This document shows positions 19,674-30,322 of a stretch of DNA of 64,000 nt, piece by piece. Made by a program: the position numbers and the translations under genes. This stretch comes from Candidatus Bathyarchaeum tardum (GTDB lineage Archaea; Thermoproteota; Bathyarchaeia; Bathyarchaeales; Bathyarchaeaceae). Positions within the stretch are counted from its first letter, which is position 1, and every line of letters starts with the position of its first letter. The DNA is taken from contig CP122380.1 of assembly GCA_024650005.2 (NCBI GenBank), forward strand, positions 320,001-384,000, in the 5' to 3' direction. The notes beneath the pieces were generated by a model that did no database searches, was not told the origin of the DNA, and saw only the letters and a program-made list of their open reading frames with translations.

Positions 19674-20483
19674 TTGATGGCAGTAATTAATTGGGATGAA
19701 CTTTGGAAAACCAAACTCCTTAGCACTTACCGGATTAAACTTTGTCAAACAAGTTACTGGGACAAATGTGCAGTAAGTTTCAACCAAAAGACCATTCAAA
19801 TGCAAGACCTGACCAAAAGTCAACTAGATAGAATAAACCTGCGACCGGAATACACCGTGATTGACATCGGGGCAGGAACTGGACGATTAACTATTCCTTT
19901 GGCTAAACAAGTCAAACAGGTTACAGCAGTTGAGCCTTCGACAAGTATGCTTTCTTTGTTGAAGTCAAACGCTGAAAAAGCAAACATCCAAAATATAGTT
20001 CCACTTAACATTTCATGTGAACAAATAACAGTTAATGAAAACCTTTTTCCTCACGATGTTGTTGTCGCGTCGTTTTCGTTATTCATGAGCAACCTCTCAA
20101 AAACATTACAAAAACTAGACTCACTGGCAACAAAAAACGTATACCTGTTTTCTTCGGCATCTCGATGGATAAGTGAAGAACTGCAAAAAATTATCTCTGG
20201 AGAAACACTGCCTTTCACATGTGGCGATTATATTTACATCTATAACATTTTGCATGAACTTGGAATACTAGCAAATGTTGACGTTTGGAATTTTGAATCC
20301 AAACAATACTTTACTGACTTGAACGCCGCAGTAGCTCGTTTCATGGAAACTTACAGAATAGCAACGAACCATGAAGAAGACCTGAAGTCTTATCTTAGAA
20401 AAATACTGACAATCGAAAATGGAAACCTTTTGTTAAAGCAACAAAAGAAGGCCGCAGTTATATGGTGGACAAAAACAGAATAG
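19674..20483 (+). CDS. Class I SAM-dependent methyltransferase
   Basis: VIDIGAGTG motif I, AVEPS. Confidence 0.85.
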   Translation: MMAVINWDELWKTKLLSTYRIKLCQTSYWDKCAVSFNQKTIQMQDLTKSQLDRINLRPEYTVIDIGAGTGRLTIPLAKQVKQVTAVEPSTSMLSLLKSNAEKANIQNIVPLNISCEQITVNENLFPHDVVVASFSLFMSNLSKTLQKLDSLATKNVYLFSSASRWISEELQKIISGETLPFTCGDYIYIYNILHELGILANVDVWNFESKQYFTDLNAAVARFMETYRIATNHEEDLKSYLRKILTIENGNLLLKQQKKAAVIWWTKTE

Positions 20484-21556
20484 CAATATCTAATTCACCG
20501 GTTTCTGACGCGGAAACAGAAAAGAAAAAATACAAAAAACTTCTTGCTAAACGTGTTGGATTTTTGGTCGTTTGCATAATTTTATTATTCATCGTGGCTG
20601 GGGTTTCTCTTGCTTTGGGGTCTGCTTCTATATCTTTCACTGAAGCTTACTCTGCAGTTTTTAGCAGGCTTTTCCCTGACTGGCTAACTGTAAGCACATT
20701 AGCCGACACCGTTGTATGGCACCTAAGACTGCCTCGAATATTAGTAACAATTTTAGCTGGAGCAATATTTGCCATGTCTGGATCAACCACACAAGCCATA
20801 CTGCGAAATCCTCTTGCAACTCCATACACCTTGGGGGTTTCAGCAGGAGCTGGTTTAGGGGCATCTATTGGCATAATCTTGGGTCACGGCATATTGGGAA
20901 AACATTTAATGATTGTAGGCAACGCTTTCATTTTCTCCTTGATTCCTGCAGCAGTAATTCTATTGATGGTCAAACGCAGGGGGGCAGAACCAGCAACAAT
21001 AATTCTTTCTGGGGTAGCAATAATGTACATTTTTTCTGCAGGCAACACGTTACTTCAGTATTTTGGCGAAGCAAGCGCAGTTACAGAAGCAGTATTCTGG
21101 CTAGTAGGCGACCTTTCTCGCGCTGCATGGTGGCAACTCCCTTACTTACTCGTTGTATTTCTTGCGTGTTTTGCAATCAACATTAAACTGTCGTGGGATC
21201 TTAATCTTATGAAAATGGGAGATGACAGCGCAAAAAGCTTAGGTGTTGAAGTAAACCGTGTACGAAAAATAATATTAATTACTGCTTGTGTTTCTACTGC
21301 AACTGTAGTAAGCTTCACAGGAGCCATCGGTTTCGTAGGCCTACTTGCGCCCCATATCTGCCGAGCCATTATAGGTGCAGACGAAAGATTTCTAATCGTA
21401 GCATCAAGCCTTTTTGGAGCAAACCTGTTACTAGTTGCAGACTTAATCGCCCGAAGAATCATCGCACCCGTCATGTTGCCCGTAGGGGCTTTAACTGCGT
21501 TTCTGGGTGGACCTTTGCTGTTGTATTTGTTGCTAAAACGAAAAATGAACTTCTGA
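20462..21556 (+). CDS. FecCD/BtuC family ABC permease
   Basis: LRLPR, RNPLATPYTLGVSAGA, GFVGLLAPHI. Confidence 0.92.
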   Translation: MVDKNRIAISNSPVSDAETEKKKYKKLLAKRVGFLVVCIILLFIVAGVSLALGSASISFTEAYSAVFSRLFPDWLTVSTLADTVVWHLRLPRILVTILAGAIFAMSGSTTQAILRNPLATPYTLGVSAGAGLGASIGIILGHGILGKHLMIVGNAFIFSLIPAAVILLMVKRRGAEPATIILSGVAIMYIFSAGNTLLQYFGEASAVTEAVFWLVGDLSRAAWWQLPYLLVVFLACFAINIKLSWDLNLMKMGDDSAKSLGVEVNRVRKIILITACVSTATVVSFTGAIGFVGLLAPHICRAIIGADERFLIVASSLFGANLLLVADLIARRIIAPVMLPVGALTAFLGGPLLLYLLLKRKMNF

Positions 21557-21596
21557 ATTTAATAACAGAAAATGTTCAGGTGGAGTTGAGACCCTT

Positions 21597-22064
21597 CTAT
21601 CTTACTTCAATGATAATGTTATCTAGTTTATTTTTAATCACAATGTCATCGACGATAATGCTGTAACGTGCATCCAAGATGTATGTGCCTGCCTCAATGG
21701 TTTCGTATTCATAAACTCGGGTTATTTTTTCGTTCGCTTTGAAAATTTGGTTAACTCCTACTGATATTTCACCGTGATTAGTGTTATCATTGACATTGTG
21801 AAAAATTACCCAAGGCTGTTCTCCGTTGGATAACATATCGACGTCTTTACCACTTTTATTAATTATTGTTGCGTTAAACGATATTTTTTCGCCCACATTA
21901 AAAACGGTTTTATTCAAATCTACCTCCAAAAGAAAATCTTTTTCGTTCAAAGGTGTTTCTTGACATAATATTAAAGCAGATATGATAGTAAAAATGACAA
22001 TGAAACAAGCCCCTGCAACTATTTTCATATGTGCCTTATGTTTCACCATTTTTCTGCACATCAC
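21597..22064 (-). CDS. Membrane-anchored Ig-like protein (BsuPI-like)
   Basis: TM followed by NKTVFNVGEKISFNATIINKS...AGTY. Confidence 0.5.
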   Translation of the reverse strand: MMCRKMVKHKAHMKIVAGACFIVIFTIISALILCQETPLNEKDFLLEVDLNKTVFNVGEKISFNATIINKSGKDVDMLSNGEQPWVIFHNVNDNTNHGEISVGVNQIFKANEKITRVYEYETIEAGTYILDARYSIIVDDIVIKNKLDNIIIEVR

Positions 22065-22072
22065 TTGCCGTA

Positions 22073-22669
22073 TCAGCTTGTTAGTTTAATTCCGAGTGAC
22101 CCATTAAATGTGAGGCATCTAGCGTCAAAGTCATTGAATTCATTTTTAAGAAATTCTTTAATTTCGTTTTCTTTGGTTCTGTCATGCAGACCGATGTCTA
22201 ATCTGTTTGCGGTTTCATTTAAACCGATGAATTCAATACTAAATTCTTGCATGACTCCACCCAACGTTCTTTGAAGTTCATATAAGTGAGACAACGAAAA
22301 ATCACCAATGTCAAAAATTATTTCTTCATTGTTATCCATTATTTCTAGATAATCCTGTTTGGTTGTTATATTTGCCTTTTTAGTTAGAACGATGTGCAGG
22401 TTATCAGATTTGTCAACATAAGCTCCTGCATATTCTGGCGGATATGCAATTACTTCTTGTTCTCCGTATTCTGTCTGTATTAGAACCTTAGGAAAGGACG
22501 CCTTTAATTGCCCAAGAAGACAGCCATAATAAAGATTCCTATCAGTTTCTTTCAATGAATTTTGGATTTCTGTTTCTTCAGATGGAGTTAAAGACGGTAA
22601 AACTACTGTAAATACAATTGCGAAAACTAAAAGGACACCAATGGATACCAAACAAAGCTTTTTTTCCAT
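22073..22669 (-). CDS. Membrane-anchored protein resembling an S1 protease pro-domain
   Basis: YAGAYVD..NLHIVL, FSLSHL and NRLDIG patterns; no catalytic domain follows. Confidence 0.45.
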   Translation of the reverse strand: MEKKLCLVSIGVLLVFAIVFTVVLPSLTPSEETEIQNSLKETDRNLYYGCLLGQLKASFPKVLIQTEYGEQEVIAYPPEYAGAYVDKSDNLHIVLTKKANITTKQDYLEIMDNNEEIIFDIGDFSLSHLYELQRTLGGVMQEFSIEFIGLNETANRLDIGLHDRTKENEIKEFLKNEFNDFDARCLTFNGSLGIKLTS

Positions 22670-22948
22670 TTATTTTTCCTCATAAACTGTATCAATTAGC
22701 AAGAATTTATGTCTATAGTTTAGAACACCTGTTTTGAACATTAGAACAGATCATAATTTGTTCAATGCATACACAAACTGACTTTTGAAGCATTCTTCAG
22801 ATTTTCATTATTCCCATATTTATTGGTACGTTCAAGATTTCTGGTTGATTCAACAAAGTTCAGCGCAACTTCGTGTAAGGTAAAGAAAGTGTTTGATGTT
22901 AACCCTTTTTTAGGTGCTTTTTGCGTATTTAGATTGTGTTGATGTGTT

Positions 22949-23971
22949 ATGGGTTTCTTGCCGGGTAAGGTTCCAACTGATGTTTTGGAAAAAATTGTTT
23001 TTAAAAACCTAGGAGCCAAACGAAAAGACGTTATTCTTAGTCCGTCCCTTGGGGAAGACGCCGCCATAGTCAAAGCCGGAAACGCAGTTTTGGCAGTTTC
23101 ATCAGATCCTATAACTGGGGCTGAAAAATGGTTAGGGTGGCTGGCAGTTCATGTTAGCGCAAACGATGTTGCCACCCGTGGGGTTACCCCTTGCTGGTTT
23201 AATTCCATTATCATGTTGCCCCAAACCTCAACCAAAAAAACCATAGAAAACATTTGTACCCAAATGGACAAAGCCGCAAAACAACTAAACATTGCAATCA
23301 TCGGCGGACACTGCGAAATCACCCCCGGAATCGACCACCCCATAGTAACAGGATGCGTTATTGGAATAGCAGAAAACGGAAAATACGTCTCTTCTAGCGG
23401 AGCAAAAATTGGCGACAAAATCATATTAACCAAAGGAACAGGAATCGAGGGAACCGCAATCCTAGCATCTGACCGTAAACAAGAATTGTTAACGGTTTTT
23501 GATGAAAAATTCTTGGAATCTGCAGAAAATTTCTTTGAAAAAATCAGCGTAGTAAAAGATGCTTTAATTGCTTTCAAAACAGGAGCAGTTTCAGCAATGC
23601 ATGACCCAACAGAGGGAGGCGTTGCAGGGGGGTTACATGAATTAGCTGACGCAGCCAATGTTGGATTTAATGTCTTTGAGGAATCTATTTTGGTTCCTGA
23701 GCAAACTCAAAAAATCTGTATCCATTTTGGCGTTGACCCCATGCAACTGATTAGTTCAGGCGCCCTTCTTATCATAGCAAATCAAGACAAAGCCGAACAA
23801 ATAGTCAACAGCTTAGCAGAGAACGGAATTCAAGCTTCCATAATCGGCGAAGTAACTGAGGCAAAGTTTGGAAGAAACCTGATTGCTAAAACTGGAAAAA
23901 AAACTGAGCTAGTGCGACCCGCAAATGACCATCTTTGGAAGGCTCTTGCCAGACCATCTAGTTCAAAATAG
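22949..23971 (+). CDS. AIR synthase-related (HypE/ThiL-like) protein
   Basis: GEDAA, SSDPITG, ANDVA, GGHCE, MHDPTEGG. Confidence 0.85.
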   Translation: MGFLPGKVPTDVLEKIVFKNLGAKRKDVILSPSLGEDAAIVKAGNAVLAVSSDPITGAEKWLGWLAVHVSANDVATRGVTPCWFNSIIMLPQTSTKKTIENICTQMDKAAKQLNIAIIGGHCEITPGIDHPIVTGCVIGIAENGKYVSSSGAKIGDKIILTKGTGIEGTAILASDRKQELLTVFDEKFLESAENFFEKISVVKDALIAFKTGAVSAMHDPTEGGVAGGLHELADAANVGFNVFEESILVPEQTQKICIHFGVDPMQLISSGALLIIANQDKAEQIVNSLAENGIQASIIGEVTEAKFGRNLIAKTGKKTELVRPANDHLWKALARPSSSK

Positions 23972-23978
23972 ACAATTG

Positions 23979-25604
23979 TTAGAATTCGGGTTTTGTTTTT
24001 CCTAGTTTTTTGTCCAAGCATGCTTTGATGAAGCCGTAGTATTCAGGTTCGGGTTTTGTTGGTCTGCTTTTGAATTCGCCGTGGAACTGGGAAGCAAAGA
24101 AGAAAAAGTTGCCCGGCAGTTCTAGGATTTCTTTTCTTCGAGCATCAGGGCTATTTCCTGAAAATTTGAGTCCGTTCTCTTCTAATTTATTCCAATATTC
24201 GGGGTTGACTTCCCATCGGTGACGGTGACGCTCAAAAATTGTGTCTTTTCCATAAAGGGTGTATGCAATGGTGTCTTTAAGGACACGAACTTCGTGAGCT
24301 CCTAAGCGCATGGTTCCTCCTTTGTTGTTTACTGTTTTTTGTTCGGGCATTAAGTCGATAACTGGATGTGGAGTTTTGGGATTAATTTCTGTGCTGTTTG
24401 CACCTTTAAATCCACAAACGTTCCGTGCGAACTCGATAACTGCTAACTGGAATCCGTAACAGACCCCCAAAAAAGGTATGTTGTTTTCTCGGGCATACTG
24501 GATTCCTTTGATTTTTCCTTCTGTTCCCCGTGGACCAAAACCGTATGGAATGAAAATTCCATCGTGACCTTCAAGGATCTTCAGGTTTTCAGGGTTATTT
24601 TCTAGGCATTCTGCCTCAATATAGTCTACAGTAACTTTTGCTTGACACTTAGCCCCTGAGTGTCGGAATGCTTCGTTCATGCTAACGTAACTGTCTGTTA
24701 GACCAGCATATTTGCCGATTAACGCAATTTTTATTTCATGTTGGGGGTTTTCAAAGCAGTCTACAAACTGATTCCATTCTTTCCATTCCGGAGGATTTTT
24801 GGATATGCCCAAACGGTTGCAGATGTAATCACCCATTCCTTGATTGTCTAAAATCAATGGAACTTGGTAAATTGATGGAACATTATATGAACAAAACACA
24901 GCTTCTTTAGGGATTGTGCCAAACAACGCTACTTTTCTAACGGTATCATCATCAATCATTTTTCGGCATCGAGCCACTACTGTGTCTGGTTGGATACCAA
25001 TTCTGCGGAGCTCATTCACGCTGTGCTGTAAGGGTTTAGTTTTCATTTCCCCTGTTACATCAAGAATTGGAACAAGAGCAAGATGCACATACAACGTGTT
25101 TTCATACCCTTCTTCTAGGCGCATCTGACGGATAGCTTCCAGAAAAGGCAGCCCTTCAATGTCCCCTACTGTGCCGCCTAGTTCAGTTAATACAACATCT
25201 GCCTTTGATTTTTCAGCTACAATACGGGTTCGACGTTTAATTTCATCAGTTACATGGGGAATAATTTGTACGCATTTACCTAGGAAATCTCCCCGTCGTT
25301 CCCGGTCGATTACTGTTTGGTAAATTTGCCCAGTGGTAATGTTATTGTCTTTTGGCATGTTAGCGTCTAAAAATCGTTCGTAACCGCCAAGGTCTAGGTC
25401 AGTTTCGCCTCCGTCTTCGGTGACGAAGACTTCCCCGTGGATGTAAGGGTTCATAGTTCCAGCGTCAACGTTAACGTAAGGGTCAACTTTGATTACTGTA
25501 ACATTAATTCCTCTGACTTGAAGCATTTTGCCTATAGAAGAAGTTACAATGCCTTTACCAACAGAGGAAAGCACTCCACCTGTCACAAAAATATACTTAA
25601 CCAT
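23979..25604 (-). CDS. pyrG: CTP synthase
   Basis: KYIFVTGGVLSSVGKG, KTKPLQHSV, GVCYGFQ, ERHRHR. Confidence 0.98.
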   Translation of the reverse strand: MVKYIFVTGGVLSSVGKGIVTSSIGKMLQVRGINVTVIKVDPYVNVDAGTMNPYIHGEVFVTEDGGETDLDLGGYERFLDANMPKDNNITTGQIYQTVIDRERRGDFLGKCVQIIPHVTDEIKRRTRIVAEKSKADVVLTELGGTVGDIEGLPFLEAIRQMRLEEGYENTLYVHLALVPILDVTGEMKTKPLQHSVNELRRIGIQPDTVVARCRKMIDDDTVRKVALFGTIPKEAVFCSYNVPSIYQVPLILDNQGMGDYICNRLGISKNPPEWKEWNQFVDCFENPQHEIKIALIGKYAGLTDSYVSMNEAFRHSGAKCQAKVTVDYIEAECLENNPENLKILEGHDGIFIPYGFGPRGTEGKIKGIQYARENNIPFLGVCYGFQLAVIEFARNVCGFKGANSTEINPKTPHPVIDLMPEQKTVNNKGGTMRLGAHEVRVLKDTIAYTLYGKDTIFERHRHRWEVNPEYWNKLEENGLKFSGNSPDARRKEILELPGNFFFFASQFHGEFKSRPTKPEPEYYGFIKACLDKKLGKTKPEF

Positions 25605-25691
25605 TCAGTAAGCCTCACAATAATAAACCAGTAAACTATATTTGCCGTTAAAAATGCTTTCGACACGATAATGTATGCAAAATAAACTGCA

Positions 25692-26294
25692 CTATTTTGT
25701 GTTATTCATTTCTTCACTGTGTTTCAAAGTAGCTAACGCTAACTCACCCGCCTCTCTCATGGTTTTACCCACTGAAACAAAGCCATGATTCCGTAAAGCA
25801 ACCAAATTATTTTCACCTAACACCTTTAAAGCTTCTTTTGCCAATTTAATTGAGCCAAAATCTTGTTCATTTTCTGTCACGGGTACCCCTAGCTTGTTAG
25901 CGTTAATCAGAATCGATTTATTGTGGCCATGAAAAATTGCGTTCACATCTTTTCTTGTTTGATAAATCAGAAAATGCATCATAGCTTCAGATGACGGATT
26001 TCTTTTTCCCTTAACAAACATTTTGTTAGTTTCTTCTTCAAAATTTTTCACGTAAACAAAACATTCTCCGCAAAGATTCTCTTTCGTTTCTAACCCTGAA
26101 GCCGTAATCACAAACCCCCCTTTGAGCCGAAAACTTAGGTTACCTGTACATTTGCCTTCAAAATCAGGGGTCAAACCCATTTTTTGAAATGTTTCACACC
26201 ATTTGGCAAGTTCGTTAATTTGCTTATGGTCTGGGATTTTGTCAGAAACAAAAATTGTGTTAAATCGTATTCTGCCTTCAGGCATTAACATCAC
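25692..26294 (-). CDS. Class II aldolase/adducin family protein
   Basis: GNLS, PSSE, HGH, LRNHG. Confidence 0.85.
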   Translation of the reverse strand: MMLMPEGRIRFNTIFVSDKIPDHKQINELAKWCETFQKMGLTPDFEGKCTGNLSFRLKGGFVITASGLETKENLCGECFVYVKNFEEETNKMFVKGKRNPSSEAMMHFLIYQTRKDVNAIFHGHNKSILINANKLGVPVTENEQDFGSIKLAKEALKVLGENNLVALRNHGFVSVGKTMREAGELALATLKHSEEMNNTK

Positions 26295-26357
26295 AGCATC
26301 TTTCTGGTTTAACTTAACCTTGCAATATGCAATATAAAAAATGACTGAACATTATTG

Positions 26358-27431
26358 TCAAAGCCATTTCTTTTTTCTAAAATAAATCAGCATCACTGCG
26401 CTAACTGCAAACATTGCAACGTAAACCATTGGATACCCCCATGGGGAATCAAGTTCTGGCATGTATTTGAAGTTCATTCCATAAATTCCAGCGATAAGAG
26501 TCAACGGAATAAATATAGTTGCAATAATCGTTAACACTTTCATTACTTCGTTCATGCGGTTGCTTACACTTGAAAGGTAAATTTCCAACATTCCCGAGAG
26601 CACATCACGAAACGTTTCTAGCGCATCAATAACTTGAATTGTATGATCGTAAACGTCACGCAAGTAAATGTCGATCGACTTGTCAATTAACGAAGATTCC
26701 CACCGTTCTAGCCTGCTTATTACTTCCCTTAACGGCCAGACTGATTTGCGCAAAAAAATTAGTTCCCTTTTCAGTTGATGTATTGTCTGTAAAACTTCTG
26801 AAGTTGGATTCTTAAGTAGGTCATCTTCTATATCTTCGATTTTTTCTCCAATTTTTTCCAGAACCATGAAATAGTTGTCCACAATGGCATCCAACAACGA
26901 ATACAACAGATAATCGGCACCCATCTTGCGTATCCGCCCACGGTCTGTTCTGAGGCGATCGCGGATAAGGTCAAAAACGTCTCCTTCATCTTCTTGAAAA
27001 GACACAACATAGTTACAACCAAGAAGCAAACTGACCTGTTCCGTTCTTGTTTCATTGACCGCTTCGTCATACTGAAGCATTTTCAACACAACAAACAAAT
27101 AATCTTCAAAATCTTCCATTTTAGGACGCTGACCCGTATGCATGATGTCTTCTAAAACTAAGGGGTGTGTTTTAAGGTTCTTACCAATTTTTTCAATATT
27201 ACTGAGTTGATGAACACCACTTATGTTTATCCATGTTACAATTGGTTTATTTTTTAGTGGAAAACAATCATCAATTGTTTTTTCTTCATTTTCCTCAAAA
27301 TATTCTTCATGGTAGCGAATGCAACTAACCTTTACTGGGATGGTCTTCTTTTTTCCAACATAAACTGGAGTGCCGGGAGGAAGACCAGACTTTTTCGCTA
27401 ACTTCTTTATAAAACGGACCGTGTGCTCCAC
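26358..27431 (-). CDS. corA: Magnesium/cobalt transporter CorA
   Basis: GIYGMNF..MPEL signature. Confidence 0.96.
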   Translation of the reverse strand: MEHTVRFIKKLAKKSGLPPGTPVYVGKKKTIPVKVSCIRYHEEYFEENEEKTIDDCFPLKNKPIVTWINISGVHQLSNIEKIGKNLKTHPLVLEDIMHTGQRPKMEDFEDYLFVVLKMLQYDEAVNETRTEQVSLLLGCNYVVSFQEDEGDVFDLIRDRLRTDRGRIRKMGADYLLYSLLDAIVDNYFMVLEKIGEKIEDIEDDLLKNPTSEVLQTIHQLKRELIFLRKSVWPLREVISRLERWESSLIDKSIDIYLRDVYDHTIQVIDALETFRDVLSGMLEIYLSSVSNRMNEVMKVLTIIATIFIPLTLIAGIYGMNFKYMPELDSPWGYPMVYVAMFAVSAVMLIYFRKKKWL

Positions 27432-28102
27432 CTAAGATTCCGTTTATTTATGATGTATTTATTACTTTTCAAAAATTGAAAAAGAGCACTGATTTACCTA
27501 AAAATCATGGTTTAATTTTCTAAACAAGATATTACTATACTAGTATGATTTAGAGTTTTGAGATTTTAATTCGTCCTTTAAGGATATTGATAACCTATTG
27601 GGTTCCCTTTTTCTATTTCTCATTTATAGTGTTTGTCCGGTCATATTAATTACGGTTTTTTTATCAAATAAATAGCATAACCTGAACCTTTACTGTAGCC
27701 TTTTGGGATATCTCTCCTTTTTGATTTGCTCAACAAAATCTAATGTTGGTTGATTCTGCGTAGCCGTCTTTTTTCATTTTCCATAATGTTTCAAAAATAC
27801 GCGTGGGTATGTGGAATGTGTCCAATGGTGCAGGGGACGGGATTCGGACAGTAATTTACTATTAAAATTCTTGTTTTCAGTTACTATAGATACATCGCCA
27901 AATTTTCCACAAACTTTATTTACGTTACAATTGCGATGTACATTAGTTAATAATGACATATTCTTACAAAAACATAATAACATTGAAATTGTTAACTCTT
28001 TTTGTAAAGTGATGGGGTTACATTATTCACTCATTGTGAAAAATATATATAGTAATATTACTATATTTTTTTATCAAAATTATCCTCTAGAGGTGAAAAA
28101 CA

Positions 28103-28903
28103 ATAAAAAAATATAGGAAGAGTCTTTCTTCAAATGAATCTCAACTATTATCCGATTTAAGTTATAGAGGAAAAACAATCTTTACACTCAAGGATTTAGA
28201 AAAATATGGAGATGATTGTAGCAGCCTCGTTTACAAACTCTCAAGAAAAAATTGGATTTTAAAGCTCAAACAAGGTGTATATATTATTGCACCATTGGAT
28301 GCAGGCCAATTTGGAGCTAATAACTATACAGTACACAGTTTTGTAATTGCATCATATTTAGTTACCCCTTATTATGTAAGTCATTGGAGTGCACTGAACT
28401 ATCATGGTTTAAGTGAGCAAACTCCTCCTCATGTCTATATTGCAACAACAAAACCAAGAAACCGAAAAAAAATTTTGAATGTTGATTTTGTTTTTGTAAC
28501 AGTATCGAAGCGAAAAATGTTTGGAATACAAACCGTTAAAATCGACAATCATCCTGTGAATATTTCATCTGTTGAAAAAACGATTGTTGATTGTCTTGAC
28601 CATCCAGAACACTGTGGAGGAATTGCGGAAATTGCAAAATCAATCTATTTTGAACATGATAATTTAGACTTCAATTTTATAATAAAAATGGCAAGGATGA
28701 TGAAAAATAAAACAATATTAAAGAGGCTCGGATATGTTTTGGAAACATTCAATTTTGATCAGCATTTAGATTTGTTTAACCCTAACGATATTTCAAAGGG
28801 TTATTCAAAATTAGATCCTAAAATGCCGAAAAAAGGAAAAATAAACGAAAAATGGAAGTTATACATTAATTCAAAAATTGATTCAAGGATGTGGAAAGGA
28901 TGA
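28103..28903 (+). CDS. Type IV TA antitoxin AbiEi (frame open from ATA at 28103)
   Basis: wHTH N-terminus ...KLKQGVY, YVSHWSALNYHGLSEQ, EKTIVDCL, KRLGY. Confidence 0.85.
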   Translation: MKKYRKSLSSNESQLLSDLSYRGKTIFTLKDLEKYGDDCSSLVYKLSRKNWILKLKQGVYIIAPLDAGQFGANNYTVHSFVIASYLVTPYYVSHWSALNYHGLSEQTPPHVYIATTKPRNRKKILNVDFVFVTVSKRKMFGIQTVKIDNHPVNISSVEKTIVDCLDHPEHCGGIAEIAKSIYFEHDNLDFNFIIKMARMMKNKTILKRLGYVLETFNFDQHLDLFNPNDISKGYSKLDPKMPKKGKINEKWKLYINSKIDSRMWKG

Positions 28904-29703
28904 TTCCACAGCAAAAATTGAGAGAAAAAGCCCGTGATAGAGGATTAGCTCTAGACGTTATTGAAAAAGATTATGCACTTGGATGGATTCTTGTTGGGCT
29001 GTCTTATAGCTCTTTAAAAAATTTATTAATTTTTAAAGGTGGAACCGCTTTATCTAAAATCTATTTTCCACTTGAATGGAGAATTTCAGAAGACCTTGAT
29101 TTTACTTTGCAAAATGAATCAACAACTAAAGAAATATCTGAAATATTAGTCGAAGAATTACCCCAAATAATTTCGGAAAAAAGTAAGGGCTTAAAACTAC
29201 GGTACAGAGAAGATCCATATGTTACTGAAAAATTTTTAAGAGTTCGAGCTCAATATTTTGGTCCAATAACGACAAACAGCGTAAAAATTGAGGTAACAAT
29301 AGAGCAATTCATAGGTGACTTTAAAGTAATTCAAGCTTCAAAACACTATGATTATCCTAATTTCTCACTTTCTTGTTACACATTAGAAACTATTCTTGCA
29401 GAAAAGTTGAGAGCAATTTTACAAAGAGGTCACTTAAGAGATTATTATGATGCTTGGAAATTGTTAAAAGAAAATAAAGTTGAAAATGCCCGAGTTAAAG
29501 AACTATTTTTAGAGAAGTGTAAAGCAAAGAATGTGGAATTCGATAATATAAATCAGTTTTTTCCTGAGAATATTGTTGAGACTTTAAAACCATATCTTAA
29601 AATTGGTCTCACTAGAATGAGTTCAGAAGAATTGCCCCCATTATCTGTTTGGATCAAAGAATTGAAAGGGTTACTAGATAACATAACTCTTGAGCCTGAC
29701 TAA
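28891..29703 (+). CDS. Type IV TA toxin AbiEii (nucleotidyltransferase)
   Basis: EKDY, FKGGTAL, RISEDLDF, EKLRA, RDYYD. Confidence 0.9.
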   Translation: MERMIPQQKLREKARDRGLALDVIEKDYALGWILVGLSYSSLKNLLIFKGGTALSKIYFPLEWRISEDLDFTLQNESTTKEISEILVEELPQIISEKSKGLKLRYREDPYVTEKFLRVRAQYFGPITTNSVKIEVTIEQFIGDFKVIQASKHYDYPNFSLSCYTLETILAEKLRAILQRGHLRDYYDAWKLLKENKVENARVKELFLEKCKAKNVEFDNINQFFPENIVETLKPYLKIGLTRMSSEELPPLSVWIKELKGLLDNITLEPD

Positions 29704-30257
29704 TATTTTTGTAAAAATTTAATTTTGGTATGTATGATGAAAATTCCTCAAAAACTGCAGATGCATATGCTCAAGGATGCCAAAAAATTTACAAGAAAAA
29801 TTTCGTGCCCTTTCAAACGATGAGCGTATGGCTATTATCAAGCAATGCATCATTTTCATCAAGTAATTGAAGAAGAAACATTGCAGTTTTTATGCATATT
29901 GTGAATGCTGGTTCAAACAAGAAGTAATTCTGTAGTATACATAGGTAACGATTGAAATTGCTATCTCAAAAAGACGTTTGGTTTTCTTACAATATGAATA
30001 AACCATTTTTCTAACCAGCAAAAAATAAACTCAAACAAATTTCATATTATGTCGATAGTGCGAGGAGGGATTTCAACCTAAAGTTATCAGTAAAACATCT
30101 TAAGTTACTTGTTTGTTTGCTGTTATTTCCGTTAATTTGGACTAACTATTTATTTTTCTAGTTTTTTACTAATTAAAATTAACATAATCAAGTTTTTGTC
30201 GCTGGTTCCCGAAAAAACCCACAATTCATCTGGACCGTGTATTTTTCAGGGGAAACT

Positions 30258-30298
30258 TTTGTTGTTGTTGGGGGGTAGGGGGGGTCAACAACAACAAA
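30258..30298. repeat. Perfect 13-bp inverted repeat with a G-rich loop
   Basis: TTTGTTGTTGTTG-GGGGGTAGGGGGGGT-CAACAACAACAAA. Confidence 0.85.
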
Positions 30299-30322
30299 TG
30301 CCCTTCCAAATGGCTTCCCTGT

